Source: Thermoplasmata archaeon (lineage in GTDB: Archaea; Thermoplasmatota; Thermoplasmata; Lutacidiplasmatales; UBA184). Taken from it: 64,000 nt of DNA. Position numbers and translations under genes: made by a program. Each line of letters opens with the position of its first letter. The first letter of the stretch is position 1. Shown one piece after another: positions 26,365 through 35,464 of this stretch. The stretch spans positions 47,540 through 111,539 of the forward strand of contig JBOGRO010000020.1 in the NCBI GenBank assembly GCA_050749465.1, in the 5' to 3' direction. Under the pieces are notes generated by a model. The model did not search any database and was not told the origin of the DNA. It was given only the letters and a program-made list of their open reading frames with translations.

Positions 26365-27680
26365 CGGCCGTCCTCGCTCACCAGCACCCGATGGAGCTCC
26401 CGGAGGGTCCGGGACCCTCGCCCGAGGGGCACCGCAAGAGAGAGCGCGCGCGGGGTCGCGCTAAACCCCTCGACCCCACGGAGAACCGCCGGCGGGATGC
26501 GATGCACGTCGTCGAGCACCCCGTCGCCGATGACGGTCACGAGCGCGACCCGGTAGGGTCCGTCCAGCATCGCGGCGGCGTCGCGCGTGACCGGCGCGAG
26601 CGCCCGGATCGCGCGGACGACCTGGTGGGGGACGAGAACGAGGCAGAGGAGCGCCGACGAAGTGTAGAGTTGGACGAGGTTGACCGTCGCCTCCGAGAGG
26701 CGGCGCGAGACCTCGGCGACGATGCCGGGGCGTTGACGGCCCCCGGGAAACCGGAGCCGAAGCAGGCGCAGCGGGCGGAGGATCGTGATCGCCCGGTTCC
26801 TCCGGCCCTCCCGCGAGGGCGAGATCGTCGTCACCACCGTCGGGTCCTCGAGCGATCGAACCCGCAGTGTCACGCCGTGGGCGCGCGCCGGCTCGATCGT
26901 GAGCGGATGCAGGACGCGGGCGCCGAACTGGGCGAGCTCTTCGGCCTCTTCGTACGAGAGCTCGGGGATCGGACGGGCCTCCGGCACTTCCTGCGGGTCC
27001 GCCGAGAGCACCGCGACGTGGCGTTTGACGAGCTCCACCCGCGATGCACCGAGGAGCGCGCCGATCCCCGCCGCCGTGTAGTCCGAACCCCCGCGACCCA
27101 GCGTCGCGACGCGACCCTCGAGGCTCCGGCCGAAGTAACCGGTCACTACCGGGAGCTTTCCGGCGGCGAGGAGTCGCCCCAAGCCCCGCCGGACCGAGCC
27201 GCTCGATCGATCGAGCAGGAGGCACGAGGCGCCGTAGGCGTTGTCCGTGATGAGGCCGAGGTGGTCGGCCTCGACCGGCACGGCCGGTAGCCCGAGTTCG
27301 ACCAGCCGTGCGGAGAGCCAGTGGACCGCGAGGCGCTCGCCCTGGCTAAGGACTCGGTCCGCGAGCGGGGCATCTCGAGCGGGGGCCCGTTCGACCTCCG
27401 ACATGAGGTGGCGGAGGCGGTCGAGCTGTCGACGGCCCGCGGGCGGGAGCCCGGGGTGACGGCGAGCGAGCACTTCCAGCGCGTCGCGGTGCTGGGCCGT
27501 CGCGCGGGGGTGGGCTACGACACGGCCCAGCAGGTCGGTCACTCCCTCCCGGGCCGAGGCCACCACGACCACTCCGGTCCCTTCGGCCAGCAGCTCCCGG
27601 ACGTCGTGCGCGACCCGGGTGGGATCCTCCAAGGAGGCGCCCCCGAACTTGACGACGATGGGCGGGCGACGGCGGTTCAC
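26361..27680 (-). CDS. lysC: Aspartate kinase
   Basis: GTG at 27680 overlaps the asd stop (GTGA); 439 aa. VVKFGGASL, LGRGGSDYTA, GARVLHP and a C-terminal ACT-like region are present. The remainder of track ORF 26361..29093 is shadow sequence. Confidence 0.85.
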   Translation of the reverse strand: MNRRRPPIVVKFGGASLEDPTRVAHDVRELLAEGTGVVVVASAREGVTDLLGRVVAHPRATAQHRDALEVLARRHPGLPPAGRRQLDRLRHLMSEVERAPARDAPLADRVLSQGERLAVHWLSARLVELGLPAVPVEADHLGLITDNAYGASCLLLDRSSGSVRRGLGRLLAAGKLPVVTGYFGRSLEGRVATLGRGGSDYTAAGIGALLGASRVELVKRHVAVLSADPQEVPEARPIPELSYEEAEELAQFGARVLHPLTIEPARAHGVTLRVRSLEDPTVVTTISPSREGRRNRAITILRPLRLLRLRFPGGRQRPGIVAEVSRRLSEATVNLVQLYTSSALLCLVLVPHQVVRAIRALAPVTRDAAAMLDGPYRVALVTVIGDGVLDDVHRIPPAVLRGVEGFSATPRALSLAVPLGRGSRTLRELHRVLVSEDGR

Positions 27681-28759
27681 GCTCCCGCGCTCCAGCCGGG
27701 GGAGAGGAGACCCTCGGCGAGGGCGAGCTCCGCGTTGAGGACGGATGCCCCGGCGCCCCCGCGCACCGCATTGTGGGAGAGGAGGAAGAACCGAAGGTAC
27801 GGTGCTTCCCACCGCACGCGCCCGACGACGACCGCCATGCCCCTCGCGCGGGCCGGCGCGCCGGCCCAGCGGTCTCGGATCGGTTGGGGTCGGTCCGCCT
27901 CGGTTCGGAGCTCGATCGGGGGGTGGGGCGCGCTCGGTAGGGGCCGACCCGCGAGGGGGTCGAACCCTCGGAGCGCGGCAAGGATATCCGCCCGTGAGGG
28001 CCGCCGGGCCGCCTCGACCGTCACGGACTCGAGATGGCCCTCCCGCGTCGCGACCCGAGCGCAGTGCACGAGGAAGGGCACTCCCAGCTCGACCACCCGA
28101 CCCCCACGACGGCGGCCGAGCATGCGCGCCGACTCCTGCGCTACTTTCTCTTCCTCCTCCGGAACGAAGGGTAGGACGTTGTCCGTGATCGCGAGCGACG
28201 GGACGCCCGGGTAGCCGGCGCCGGAGAGCGACTGGTACGTACTCACGTGCACGGCCCGCGGCGCGAGCAACGGGAGAAGCGGGGCGAGGGCGACGACGAG
28301 ACCCGTCGCCGAGCAGTTGGGGTTGGCGACGAGGAGCCCCCGCCCGCTCGGTCGACCGCGGACGAGTCGAAGGTGGTCCGCGTTCACTTCGGGAACGAGC
28401 AGCGGGACGGTCGGGTCCATTCGGTGGTCCGCTGCGTTCGTGAAGACGGAGATCCCGCGGCGCGCGAGCTCCGACTCGATGGGACCGGCCGGGCCCGAAG
28501 GCAGTGCGGAGAAGACGATCCGGATCCCGGTGCGCGCGAGAGTCGCCGGAGTGAGCCGATCGAGGTGGCGATCGGCGAGCACGGGCGGGGGAGCGTCGGC
28601 CAGCTGCCAGACCTCGGCGAGGGACTTTCCCCCCGAGCGGTCGCCCGCGCCGAGGGCAGGGAGCGCGAACGACGGGTGGTCCGCGAGGAGCCGCGCGAAG
28701 TGCTGGCCGATGTACCCCCCCGCGCCCAGGATCGCGCAGGGGATCCGGTCGTCGCTCAC
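27677..28759 (-). CDS. asd: Aspartate-semialdehyde dehydrogenase
   Basis: GTG at 28759 overlaps the aroC stop (GTGA); 360 aa. ILGAGGYIGQ (NADP fold), ANPNCSATG (catalytic Cys) and SLSGAGYPG are present. Confidence 0.88.
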   Translation of the reverse strand: MSDDRIPCAILGAGGYIGQHFARLLADHPSFALPALGAGDRSGGKSLAEVWQLADAPPPVLADRHLDRLTPATLARTGIRIVFSALPSGPAGPIESELARRGISVFTNAADHRMDPTVPLLVPEVNADHLRLVRGRPSGRGLLVANPNCSATGLVVALAPLLPLLAPRAVHVSTYQSLSGAGYPGVPSLAITDNVLPFVPEEEEKVAQESARMLGRRRGGRVVELGVPFLVHCARVATREGHLESVTVEAARRPSRADILAALRGFDPLAGRPLPSAPHPPIELRTEADRPQPIRDRWAGAPARARGMAVVVGRVRWEAPYLRFFLLSHNAVRGGAGASVLNAELALAEGLLSPGWSAGA

Positions 28760-29841
28760 GGGAGGTACCCTCCTCGGAGCCCGAGGTCGGCGAGCGCCAT
28801 GGCGGCCACCGACTCGAGCACCACGACGGCCCGGGGCACGATGCACGGGTCGTGGCGACCCGTGACGACGAGGGTCGTGGTCGTGCGATCGTGGAGGTTG
28901 ACCGTCTGCTGCGGGTGAGCGATCGACGAGGTCGGTTTGACGACCGCCCGGAAGACGATCGGCATCCCGGTCGCGAGGCCCCCGAGGACCCCGCCGGCGT
29001 GGTTCGTGACCGTGCGGACCCGGCCCTCGCGCCACTCGAACGGGTCGTTGTGCTCGCTGCCTCGCATGCGAGCGGCCCGGAAGCCGGCGCCAAACTCGAC
29101 CCCCTTCACGGCCGGGACGGCGAACGCCGCGTGGGCGACGGCGCTCTCGATCGAGTCGAAGAACGGCTCGCCGAGACCGACCGGGACGCCGTCGATCCGT
29201 ACCTCGACCACACCGCCCAGGCTGTCGGCGACCCGTCGCGCTTCCCCGATCTCCGCCGCCATGCGAGCCGCCGCCACCGGGTCCGGGCTTCCGACCTCGT
29301 TCTGAAAGGAGCGCTCGCGCAGCGTCGGGAGGTCGAGGTCGGCCGGGATCGTCGCGTCGACCGAGCCGATCGACCGGGTGTACGCCACGAGATCAATGCC
29401 GCGGACGGCGAGCAGCTGACGCCCCACCGCGCCCGCGATGACGAGGCCGACGGTCATCCGACCCGAGAAGATCCCTCCGCCGGAGAGGTCCGCATCCACG
29501 CCGAAGCGCACGCGCGCCGGGTAGTCCGCATGACCGGGCCGGGGCGTGTCGCGCAGTCGGTCGTACGGCTCGCGGCGCACGTCCTCGTTCGCCACATGAG
29601 CCCGGAGGGTCGAGCCATCGGCCCGCCCGTCGAGGACCCCGCGGTCAACGAGGAGGTGGTCCTCTTCCTGGCGTTTGGTCGCCAGCGATCGTCCGACCGG
29701 TCGCCGCCGGTCCATCTGGGCCTGGACGGCAGCGAGGTCGATCGGGGTCCCGACCGGGATCCCCTCGATCTCGACCCCGACCTCGGGCCCGTGGCTCGAG
29801 CCGAAGATCGTCACCCGGAACTTCTCCCCGAATCGCATCAT
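28756..29841 (-). CDS. aroC: Chorismate synthase
   Basis: ATG at 29841 overlaps the aroA stop (ATGA); 361 aa. FGSSHGP, RPGHADY and GGIFSGR are present. Confidence 0.9.
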   Translation of the reverse strand: MMRFGEKFRVTIFGSSHGPEVGVEIEGIPVGTPIDLAAVQAQMDRRRPVGRSLATKRQEEDHLLVDRGVLDGRADGSTLRAHVANEDVRREPYDRLRDTPRPGHADYPARVRFGVDADLSGGGIFSGRMTVGLVIAGAVGRQLLAVRGIDLVAYTRSIGSVDATIPADLDLPTLRERSFQNEVGSPDPVAAARMAAEIGEARRVADSLGGVVEVRIDGVPVGLGEPFFDSIESAVAHAAFAVPAVKGVEFGAGFRAARMRGSEHNDPFEWREGRVRTVTNHAGGVLGGLATGMPIVFRAVVKPTSSIAHPQQTVNLHDRTTTTLVVTGRHDPCIVPRAVVVLESVAAMALADLGLRGGYLP

Positions 29842-31109
29842 CGACGGGACTTCTCCCGGAGCGTGGCGAGCGCCTCCCAGAAGCCGGGGTACGACTTCGT
29901 GACCGCGGAGGCGTCCCCGACCACCGACTCGACATCCCCGGCGAGCGCGCCGACCGCGGCGCTCATCACGAGCCGATGGTCGGTAAGGTGCCGGAGCCGG
30001 AACCCGCGCGGTCGCGACGCCCCACGGATCGTCAGCGCGCCCCGCTCCCATCGCACTTCGGCGCCCATCGCCTCCGCCAACGTCTGCGTGCCCGCCCGCC
30101 GATCCGACTCCTTATGGACCACGTGGGCGGCACCGCGAAGTCGACTGCGACCGTGGATGGAGGCGGCGAGGACGCCGGCGAGCGGGTAGAGATCGGGCGC
30201 GGACGTGAGGTCGACCGTGAACGCGCGGAGCGAGCCTCCCTCCACGACCGCTCCGTCCGAGCTCCGTCGAACCGTGGCGCCCGCGGCCCGCAGGAGATCG
30301 AGTATCGTGAGGTCGGCCTGGGGCCAGGTCTTCGGCACTCCGCTCACTCGCACGCGGCCGCCCGTGACGGCCGCCGCGACCCAAAGGTACGCCGCCGAGG
30401 AGGCGTCCCCGGGCACGGTCATGCCGCTTCCCCGGTAGGTTTGACCTCCGGGAATGGAGAACCGTCGCCCGCCTCGCGCGACGCGGATGCGGTGATGCCG
30501 CAGGACCCTCAGGGTCGCCTCGATGTACGGCTCGGAGACGATCGGACCCACCAGCTCGAGGACCGAGTCGCCCGACACGGTCGGCAACGTCAGGAGGAGC
30601 GCAGACGCGAACTGAGAACTCTGCGAGGCGTCCAGCCGTACCCGCGCGCCGTGGATCGGCCCGGAGATGGTCAACGGAAGCGCGCGCGCGCGGCTGGCCG
30701 GCACGCAGGTGGCGCCGATCGTGCGGAGCGCGTCCAGGAGTTCGGCCATCGGACGCTGCGGCAGTCGGCCGCGACCCAGGAGCCGGAGCGGACGGCTCCC
30801 GCGGGCGGCGAGGGCCGCTACGAACCGGAGCGTGGTGCCGGACTCGCCACAGTCGATCGTCGGGTCGGTTCGACCGGACGCACGGGCCGACGAAACTCGC
30901 CAGCGCTTACCCTCCATGCGGACCCGAGAACCCAGCGGGCGCAACGCGCGCGCCGTAGCCCGGGTGTCGTCCGCGTCAAGAGGGCCGTTCACCGCGTACT
31001 CGCGACCGCTCAGGTGGCCCGCCACGAGGGCTCGATGGGTGTAGCTCTTGGATGGCGGCGCGCGGATCGATCCGGCGGTGATCCCGGGCGCGAGTCGAAG
31101 AGAGGTCAC
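29838..31109 (-). CDS. aroA: 3-phosphoshikimate 1-carboxyvinyltransferase (EPSP synthase)
   Basis: 423 aa. APPSKSYTHRAL, GESGTTLRF and the two-domain length are typical. The GTG start overlaps the shikimate kinase stop (GTGA). Confidence 0.9.
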   Translation of the reverse strand: MTSLRLAPGITAGSIRAPPSKSYTHRALVAGHLSGREYAVNGPLDADDTRATARALRPLGSRVRMEGKRWRVSSARASGRTDPTIDCGESGTTLRFVAALAARGSRPLRLLGRGRLPQRPMAELLDALRTIGATCVPASRARALPLTISGPIHGARVRLDASQSSQFASALLLTLPTVSGDSVLELVGPIVSEPYIEATLRVLRHHRIRVARGGRRFSIPGGQTYRGSGMTVPGDASSAAYLWVAAAVTGGRVRVSGVPKTWPQADLTILDLLRAAGATVRRSSDGAVVEGGSLRAFTVDLTSAPDLYPLAGVLAASIHGRSRLRGAAHVVHKESDRRAGTQTLAEAMGAEVRWERGALTIRGASRPRGFRLRHLTDHRLVMSAAVGALAGDVESVVGDASAVTKSYPGFWEALATLREKSRR

Positions 31110-31984
31110 GGAGCCCCCGTCCCCTCGGCCGCGAGCCCGGTCGAGAAGGCGACCGCACGTCGGTCGCCGGGCGCGGGGTCCAGGACCTCGAGCAGCTCCC
31201 GGACGCGGGAGCGGGGCGCGATCGCCACGAGGGCCGGTCCCATGCCGCTCACGCCGCTCGCCACCGCCCCGTGGCGGAGTAGCTCCGTCCGCAACGGTTC
31301 GTAATCATAGCCGATGATGCGCTCCACGAGCTCGGTGTTCTCGCGCATCGCCCCGGTCCAGTCGCCCCGAAGCGCCCGCGTAGCGGCGGAGCGTCCCCGT
31401 TCCGACTCGGCCCGGAACGCGGCCGCCCACTCCGGGGACGGTCGGTGCGTTCCGGGCGGCAGGTACAGCGCGACCTCCAGCTCCGCGGGCATCGGGAACT
31501 GCTGAAGCAGCTCGGTCTGGGCGTTGTCGGTCACGAGCACGCCGGGGACGAGTCCGGCGAGGGCGTCGTCGAACGCGCCGGTCGCGCTCACGCCGACGGA
31601 GCGCGAAACCTCCGCGGAGAGGCGGGCGACGTCGGCCGGGTCCGCCCGGGCGTCCGTCGCGCGCGCGATCGCGAGGATCACCGCGGAGCTGACCGCGCTG
31701 GAGCTCTTCAGACCGCGAGCCGGCGGGACGTCGGAGCGCACCGCGAGGGCGCCGGAGCCCGAGGAGCCCGGGGCAAACTGCCGGAGCGCGCGGCCGACGG
31801 ACTCGATGACGAGCGGGGTGCGGGTCTCCGCGTCGATCCGCACGTCCCATTTCCCGTGCGACCCCGCCGGGTGGAGGTCGACCTCGGCCCGGACCCGGAG
31901 GTCGATCCCGACCGCGCAGCCGACGCCGGTCGGCAGCGCGTTGACGATCGTGATCGCGGCGGTCGACTCGCCTACGCCGTGCAC
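31106..31984 (-). CDS. Shikimate kinase, archaeal GHMP-kinase type
   Basis: GTG at 31984; 292 aa. The GHMP motif PPARGLKSSSAVSSA and SGMGPALVAI are present. Its position between aroDE and aroA fits. The rest of track ORF 31106..33355 is shadow sequence. Confidence 0.8.
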   Translation of the reverse strand: MHGVGESTAAITIVNALPTGVGCAVGIDLRVRAEVDLHPAGSHGKWDVRIDAETRTPLVIESVGRALRQFAPGSSGSGALAVRSDVPPARGLKSSSAVSSAVILAIARATDARADPADVARLSAEVSRSVGVSATGAFDDALAGLVPGVLVTDNAQTELLQQFPMPAELEVALYLPPGTHRPSPEWAAAFRAESERGRSAATRALRGDWTGAMRENTELVERIIGYDYEPLRTELLRHGAVASGVSGMGPALVAIAPRSRVRELLEVLDPAPGDRRAVAFSTGLAAEGTGAP

Positions 31985-33477
31985 GGCCCCTCCCGAACGA
32001 CGGCGCTCACTTCGTCCACGCTCGGCTCGGACCCCCACCAGATCCCGAAACTCGCGGCGGCCTGGTAGACGAGCAGGCGCCAACCGTCCTCGTAACGGCC
32101 CCCCGCCCCTTCGGTGGTGACGCGGATCGTGGGATCGTCGGCTGCGTAGACCCAATCGAGCACGGTGGTACCCGCGGCCGTCAGTTCCGCGAGCGGCACT
32201 TCCAGCGCGCCGGCCCCGGCCCGGCCGACGTCGGTCGCGTGCACCACGAGCGGGAACGGACGCGCCTCGGGCCGGAGCCCCAACTTCGCGCCGAACTGTT
32301 CCGAGATCGCGAGGGCCCGTCGCCCGTCTCGGGCGAAGACGTAGGCCGTCGCCCCCAGCTCCCTCACCGCCGCGAGGGTCGCCGCGGCCGCGCCGCCCGC
32401 GCCCACGACGGCGAGCTCGGAACCGTCCCACCCGCCCGACTGGCGCAGCTCGTCCAGTCGGCGAAGCACGGCGGCGAGGTCGGTGTTCTCCGCCTCGATC
32501 TCTCCGTCCGTGAACGTGAGGCAGTTCGCGGCGCCGACGGTCTCGGCGCCGGGGCCGACCCGCGTCGCCACGTCCCGCGCGGCCGCCTTCCACGGGTGCG
32601 TGACATTGAGGCCCCGAAATCCCCCGTCGGCGAGGGGGTCGAGGCTCTCGACGAACTCCGACTCGCTCTCGATGTCGAGCGCGATGTAGAGACCGGCGCG
32701 GCGCGCGGACCTCATCCAGCGAGAGTGAAGTCGCGGACTCCGGGAGTGCCCGATCGGGTGACCCAGGATGGCGAAGAGCGGAGCCTCCTCGTCGGCCGAC
32801 AGGAAGGGGACGAGCCGGTCGATCGGGATCTGACTCGGCTCGACGGACGGCGCGCCGGTAGACTCCGAGTCGGCCGGCCTGGCGTAAACGAGCGGAAGGC
32901 CGAGACGTTGGGACCATGCCCGCAAGAGCGCGCCGGACGGCCCGGTCGTCATCAGGGCGACCTCGCGATCCTTCGCGCCGACGACGAGGGGGAGCAGCTC
33001 GCGGAGGACCCGGTCGACCGACGCCGGAAGGACGACTTTGCGGATCGCACCGGGCGGCGCGACCTCCTGGAGGAGGCGAGCGACGTCCTCGAGCGACGCG
33101 GTCTCGGGGAGGTGGGTGGAGAGGATTCGCCCCAGCTGGGCGGGGGGAGGGAGACGCCCGGCGAGCGCGCCGTCCCGCGCCGCCTCGAGGTCCATCCACC
33201 GGAACGGGTAGGCCCCGAGCGACTCGAGCAACCGCGCCCGTGGCTCCTCGGCATCGGGACCCTCCCCGCCCTCGGCCCGTGAACGGATCGTCGCGACCAG
33301 CGGAACCGGGCTCGGAAAGAGTGCGCCCGCCGCGGAGAGCTCCTTCGACTCCCACCGGTCGAACCGTATCTCGACCGCGTCCGCCCCCGCGTCCCGCGCG
33401 GACGCGATCTCGCTTCGAACCTCCGCGACCGTCCGGCCAGGGACGGTCACGATGACGAGCGGTCGTCGGACGGTCAT
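31972..33477 (-). CDS. aroDE: Fused 3-dehydroquinate dehydratase (type I) / shikimate 5-dehydrogenase
   Basis: ATG at 33477 overlaps the aroB' stop (ATGA); 501 aa. The N-terminal half is type-I DHQase-like (VEIRFDRW..., ATIRS). The C-terminal half has ILGHPIGHSRSP, NVTHPWK and the NADP fold VVGAGGAAAA. Confidence 0.82.
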   Translation of the reverse strand: MTVRRPLVIVTVPGRTVAEVRSEIASARDAGADAVEIRFDRWESKELSAAGALFPSPVPLVATIRSRAEGGEGPDAEEPRARLLESLGAYPFRWMDLEAARDGALAGRLPPPAQLGRILSTHLPETASLEDVARLLQEVAPPGAIRKVVLPASVDRVLRELLPLVVGAKDREVALMTTGPSGALLRAWSQRLGLPLVYARPADSESTGAPSVEPSQIPIDRLVPFLSADEEAPLFAILGHPIGHSRSPRLHSRWMRSARRAGLYIALDIESESEFVESLDPLADGGFRGLNVTHPWKAAARDVATRVGPGAETVGAANCLTFTDGEIEAENTDLAAVLRRLDELRQSGGWDGSELAVVGAGGAAAATLAAVRELGATAYVFARDGRRALAISEQFGAKLGLRPEARPFPLVVHATDVGRAGAGALEVPLAELTAAGTTVLDWVYAADDPTIRVTTEGAGGRYEDGWRLLVYQAAASFGIWWGSEPSVDEVSAVVREGPCTA

Positions 33478-34505
33478 CGCTCCTCGATCGTCTCCTCGAC
33501 CGCGGTGCCCAGATGGCGGGCGGCGGGAAGTCGCACGCCGTGCACGGACGTTCCGACCGTCACGTCGGGGGACGCGACGGGGCCGGCGGCGGTCGACAAT
33601 CGGACGGTCTCCGCCTCCTGGAGGAAGACGGTCCGGGCGGCGCCGGCGTCCTCCGCGGTGACGATGACCAGTGGGCGGCGTTCGATCTTGATCCGGCCGA
33701 CGCGAGCCGACCGGGCCGGCCCGCCGGGGCGCGTGACGAGCACGGCGTCCCCCGGCGCCAGCTCCGAGAGGTACCGGGTCGTTCCATCGGCCAGGAGAAC
33801 GTAGGAGTGGGCCGCGCCCGCGTTGACTCGGAACGGGCGGGGCCGGCTGAACCGCGAGCCGACCGCCTCGCTCGCGACGTGGAAGAGGAACGCCGCCGCG
33901 CTGCCGACCAGCATCCCGTCCTCCGGCGCGAGGAGCGAGGTCGTGTCGACGAGGACGCGGTGCCCCACGCCGGCGGGGCCGACCGAGGTCACCCGGGCGT
34001 CGGTCCACTCGAGGCTCGTTCGCAACGGGCCCTCCACGATCCCCTCGAGGGCGTCGACCTCCTCGGGAGAGTGGACCGCAACAAAGACGCGGTCGGCGCC
34101 ATGCTCGAGGGCGCCCAGGGCTCCCGGGACTTCGAGCGGGGTGCGTGCGAAGGCCCAGACCGCGTGGTGGGTTCCGCGGGCGGCGATCGCGTTCTCGAGC
34201 GGGATCACGCGGTCGCCGGTCCACTCGATCGCGAGGATCCCGCCGTCGGGCACCCGACGCGCGGCGGCGTCGAGCTCGTCGGGAGTCCCGACCGATACCA
34301 CTTGGACACCGGCGTCGGGCGTGCCCGCGCCCCGGAGCCGGTCCCCTTCTCGTCGGAGGACTTCCTCGCCCTCCTCGGGCCGAACCGGATCGGCCGACGC
34401 GTCGTGGAAGCGGCTGAACCCCCGGCGTCGAGCGCGGGCCAGGACCGCCGCCCGCGCCGTCGGGTCCCCGGCGGGCAGTATGATCGTGATCCGCTCCCGC
34501 GCCAC
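33474..34505 (-). CDS. aroB': 3-dehydroquinate synthase II (archaeal AroB')
   Basis: GTG at 34505, preceded by GGAGGT 6 nt upstream; 343 aa. Domain pattern (VIPLENAIA..., RPFRVNAGAAHSY, GDAVLV) and neighbourhood match archaeal DHQ synthase type II. Confidence 0.75.
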   Translation of the reverse strand: MARERITIILPAGDPTARAAVLARARRRGFSRFHDASADPVRPEEGEEVLRREGDRLRGAGTPDAGVQVVSVGTPDELDAAARRVPDGGILAIEWTGDRVIPLENAIAARGTHHAVWAFARTPLEVPGALGALEHGADRVFVAVHSPEEVDALEGIVEGPLRTSLEWTDARVTSVGPAGVGHRVLVDTTSLLAPEDGMLVGSAAAFLFHVASEAVGSRFSRPRPFRVNAGAAHSYVLLADGTTRYLSELAPGDAVLVTRPGGPARSARVGRIKIERRPLVIVTAEDAGAARTVFLQEAETVRLSTAAGPVASPDVTVGTSVHGVRLPAARHLGTAVEETIEER

Positions 34506-34516
34506 GAGCGACCTCC

Positions 34517-35266
34517 TCAACTCCCGTGCAGCTCGCGTGCGATCCGGCGCGCCAGCGGGGCGATCGGGGATCGTTGGAAGAGATTCCGGCCGATGCAGAT
34601 CCCGGCGCCGCCCGCCCGGACGCTCTCCTCGACGACCCGGAGGAAGGCCGCCTCGTCCTCGAGACGAACGCCCCCGCCGATGAGCACCGGTACCGGGGTC
34701 GTACGGCACAGCTTCGCGAACTCCTCGACGGAGCCCGGGTAGCTCGTCTTCACGATGTCCGCGCCGAGGTCCGCGGCCGCCCGCGCCGCGTGACGGAGCT
34801 CGTCGGGCGTTCCGCCGTTCGCCTTCTTGACGTAGGCCATGCACAGCAGCGGGAGGCCCAGCTGTCGGCACTGGTCCGCGGCGACCCCGAGGTCGGTCAG
34901 CATGTCGCCCTCCTCGGCGATGCCGAAGTTGACCTGGACCGAGAGGAGGTCCGCCCCGAGCGCGACCGCTTCCGCCGCCGAGCCGACGAGGCGTTTGTGG
35001 TTCGAGGTCGGGCCGAGGCTGGTCGAGGCGGAGACGTGGACTCCGAGCCTCGTCGACGGAGCGAGGACCGGGGCGAGCTCCCGCACCGCGCCCTTGGTGA
35101 CGATCAGGAGGTCCGCGCCGCCCTCCTGCAGCGCGACCGCGAGGGGAGCCAGCGCTTCGAGCCCGTCGATCGGCCCCATCGAGAGCGCGTGGTCGAGGGG
35201 GACGGAGAAGAGCCGTCGCTCCGGCGTCGGGAACAGTCGCTTCAGTCGGATCGTTTTGCCGTACAT
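34517..35266 (-). CDS. aroA': 2-amino-3,7-dideoxy-D-threo-hept-6-ulosonate synthase (AroA', DhnA-type class I aldolase family)
   Basis: ATG at 35266 (MYGKTIRLKRLF...); 249 aa. SVPLDHA, KRLVGSAAEAVALGAD, ADIVKTSYPG (Schiff-base lysine region) and LIGGG are present. It is the first gene of the aro cluster. Confidence 0.78.
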   Translation of the reverse strand: MYGKTIRLKRLFPTPERRLFSVPLDHALSMGPIDGLEALAPLAVALQEGGADLLIVTKGAVRELAPVLAPSTRLGVHVSASTSLGPTSNHKRLVGSAAEAVALGADLLSVQVNFGIAEEGDMLTDLGVAADQCRQLGLPLLCMAYVKKANGGTPDELRHAARAAADLGADIVKTSYPGSVEEFAKLCRTTPVPVLIGGGVRLEDEAAFLRVVEESVRAGGAGICIGRNLFQRSPIAPLARRIARELHGS

Positions 35267-35369
35267 CGGGGTTTCCACCTTCGTGTTACTTCGAAGGGAG
35301 GACACCGAAAGGGAGCGAACCCTCCGCGTGCGGGGCACGTCGGGGCGGCGCCCTCCCGGCGCCTCCCGT

Positions 35370-35441
35370 TCACCAGAGCCAGGTCTCGGCGGCCACGACG
35401 CCCGACCGCGAGTGCACGCATCGGTCGAGTCGGTCCGCCAT
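35370..35441 (-). promoter_or_regulatory. Candidate leader peptide uORF (23 codons, MADRLDRCVHSRSGVVAAETWLW-stop)
   Basis: Hand translation of the minus strand. The ATG at 35441 sits about 28 nt downstream of the TATA-like ATAAATA. Two of the last three sense codons are TGG. It is followed by ~100 nt of GC-rich self-complementary leader before the aroA' ATG. Confidence 0.4.
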
Positions 35442-35464
35442 CGTTCGCCGGGACCCTCGCGCCT

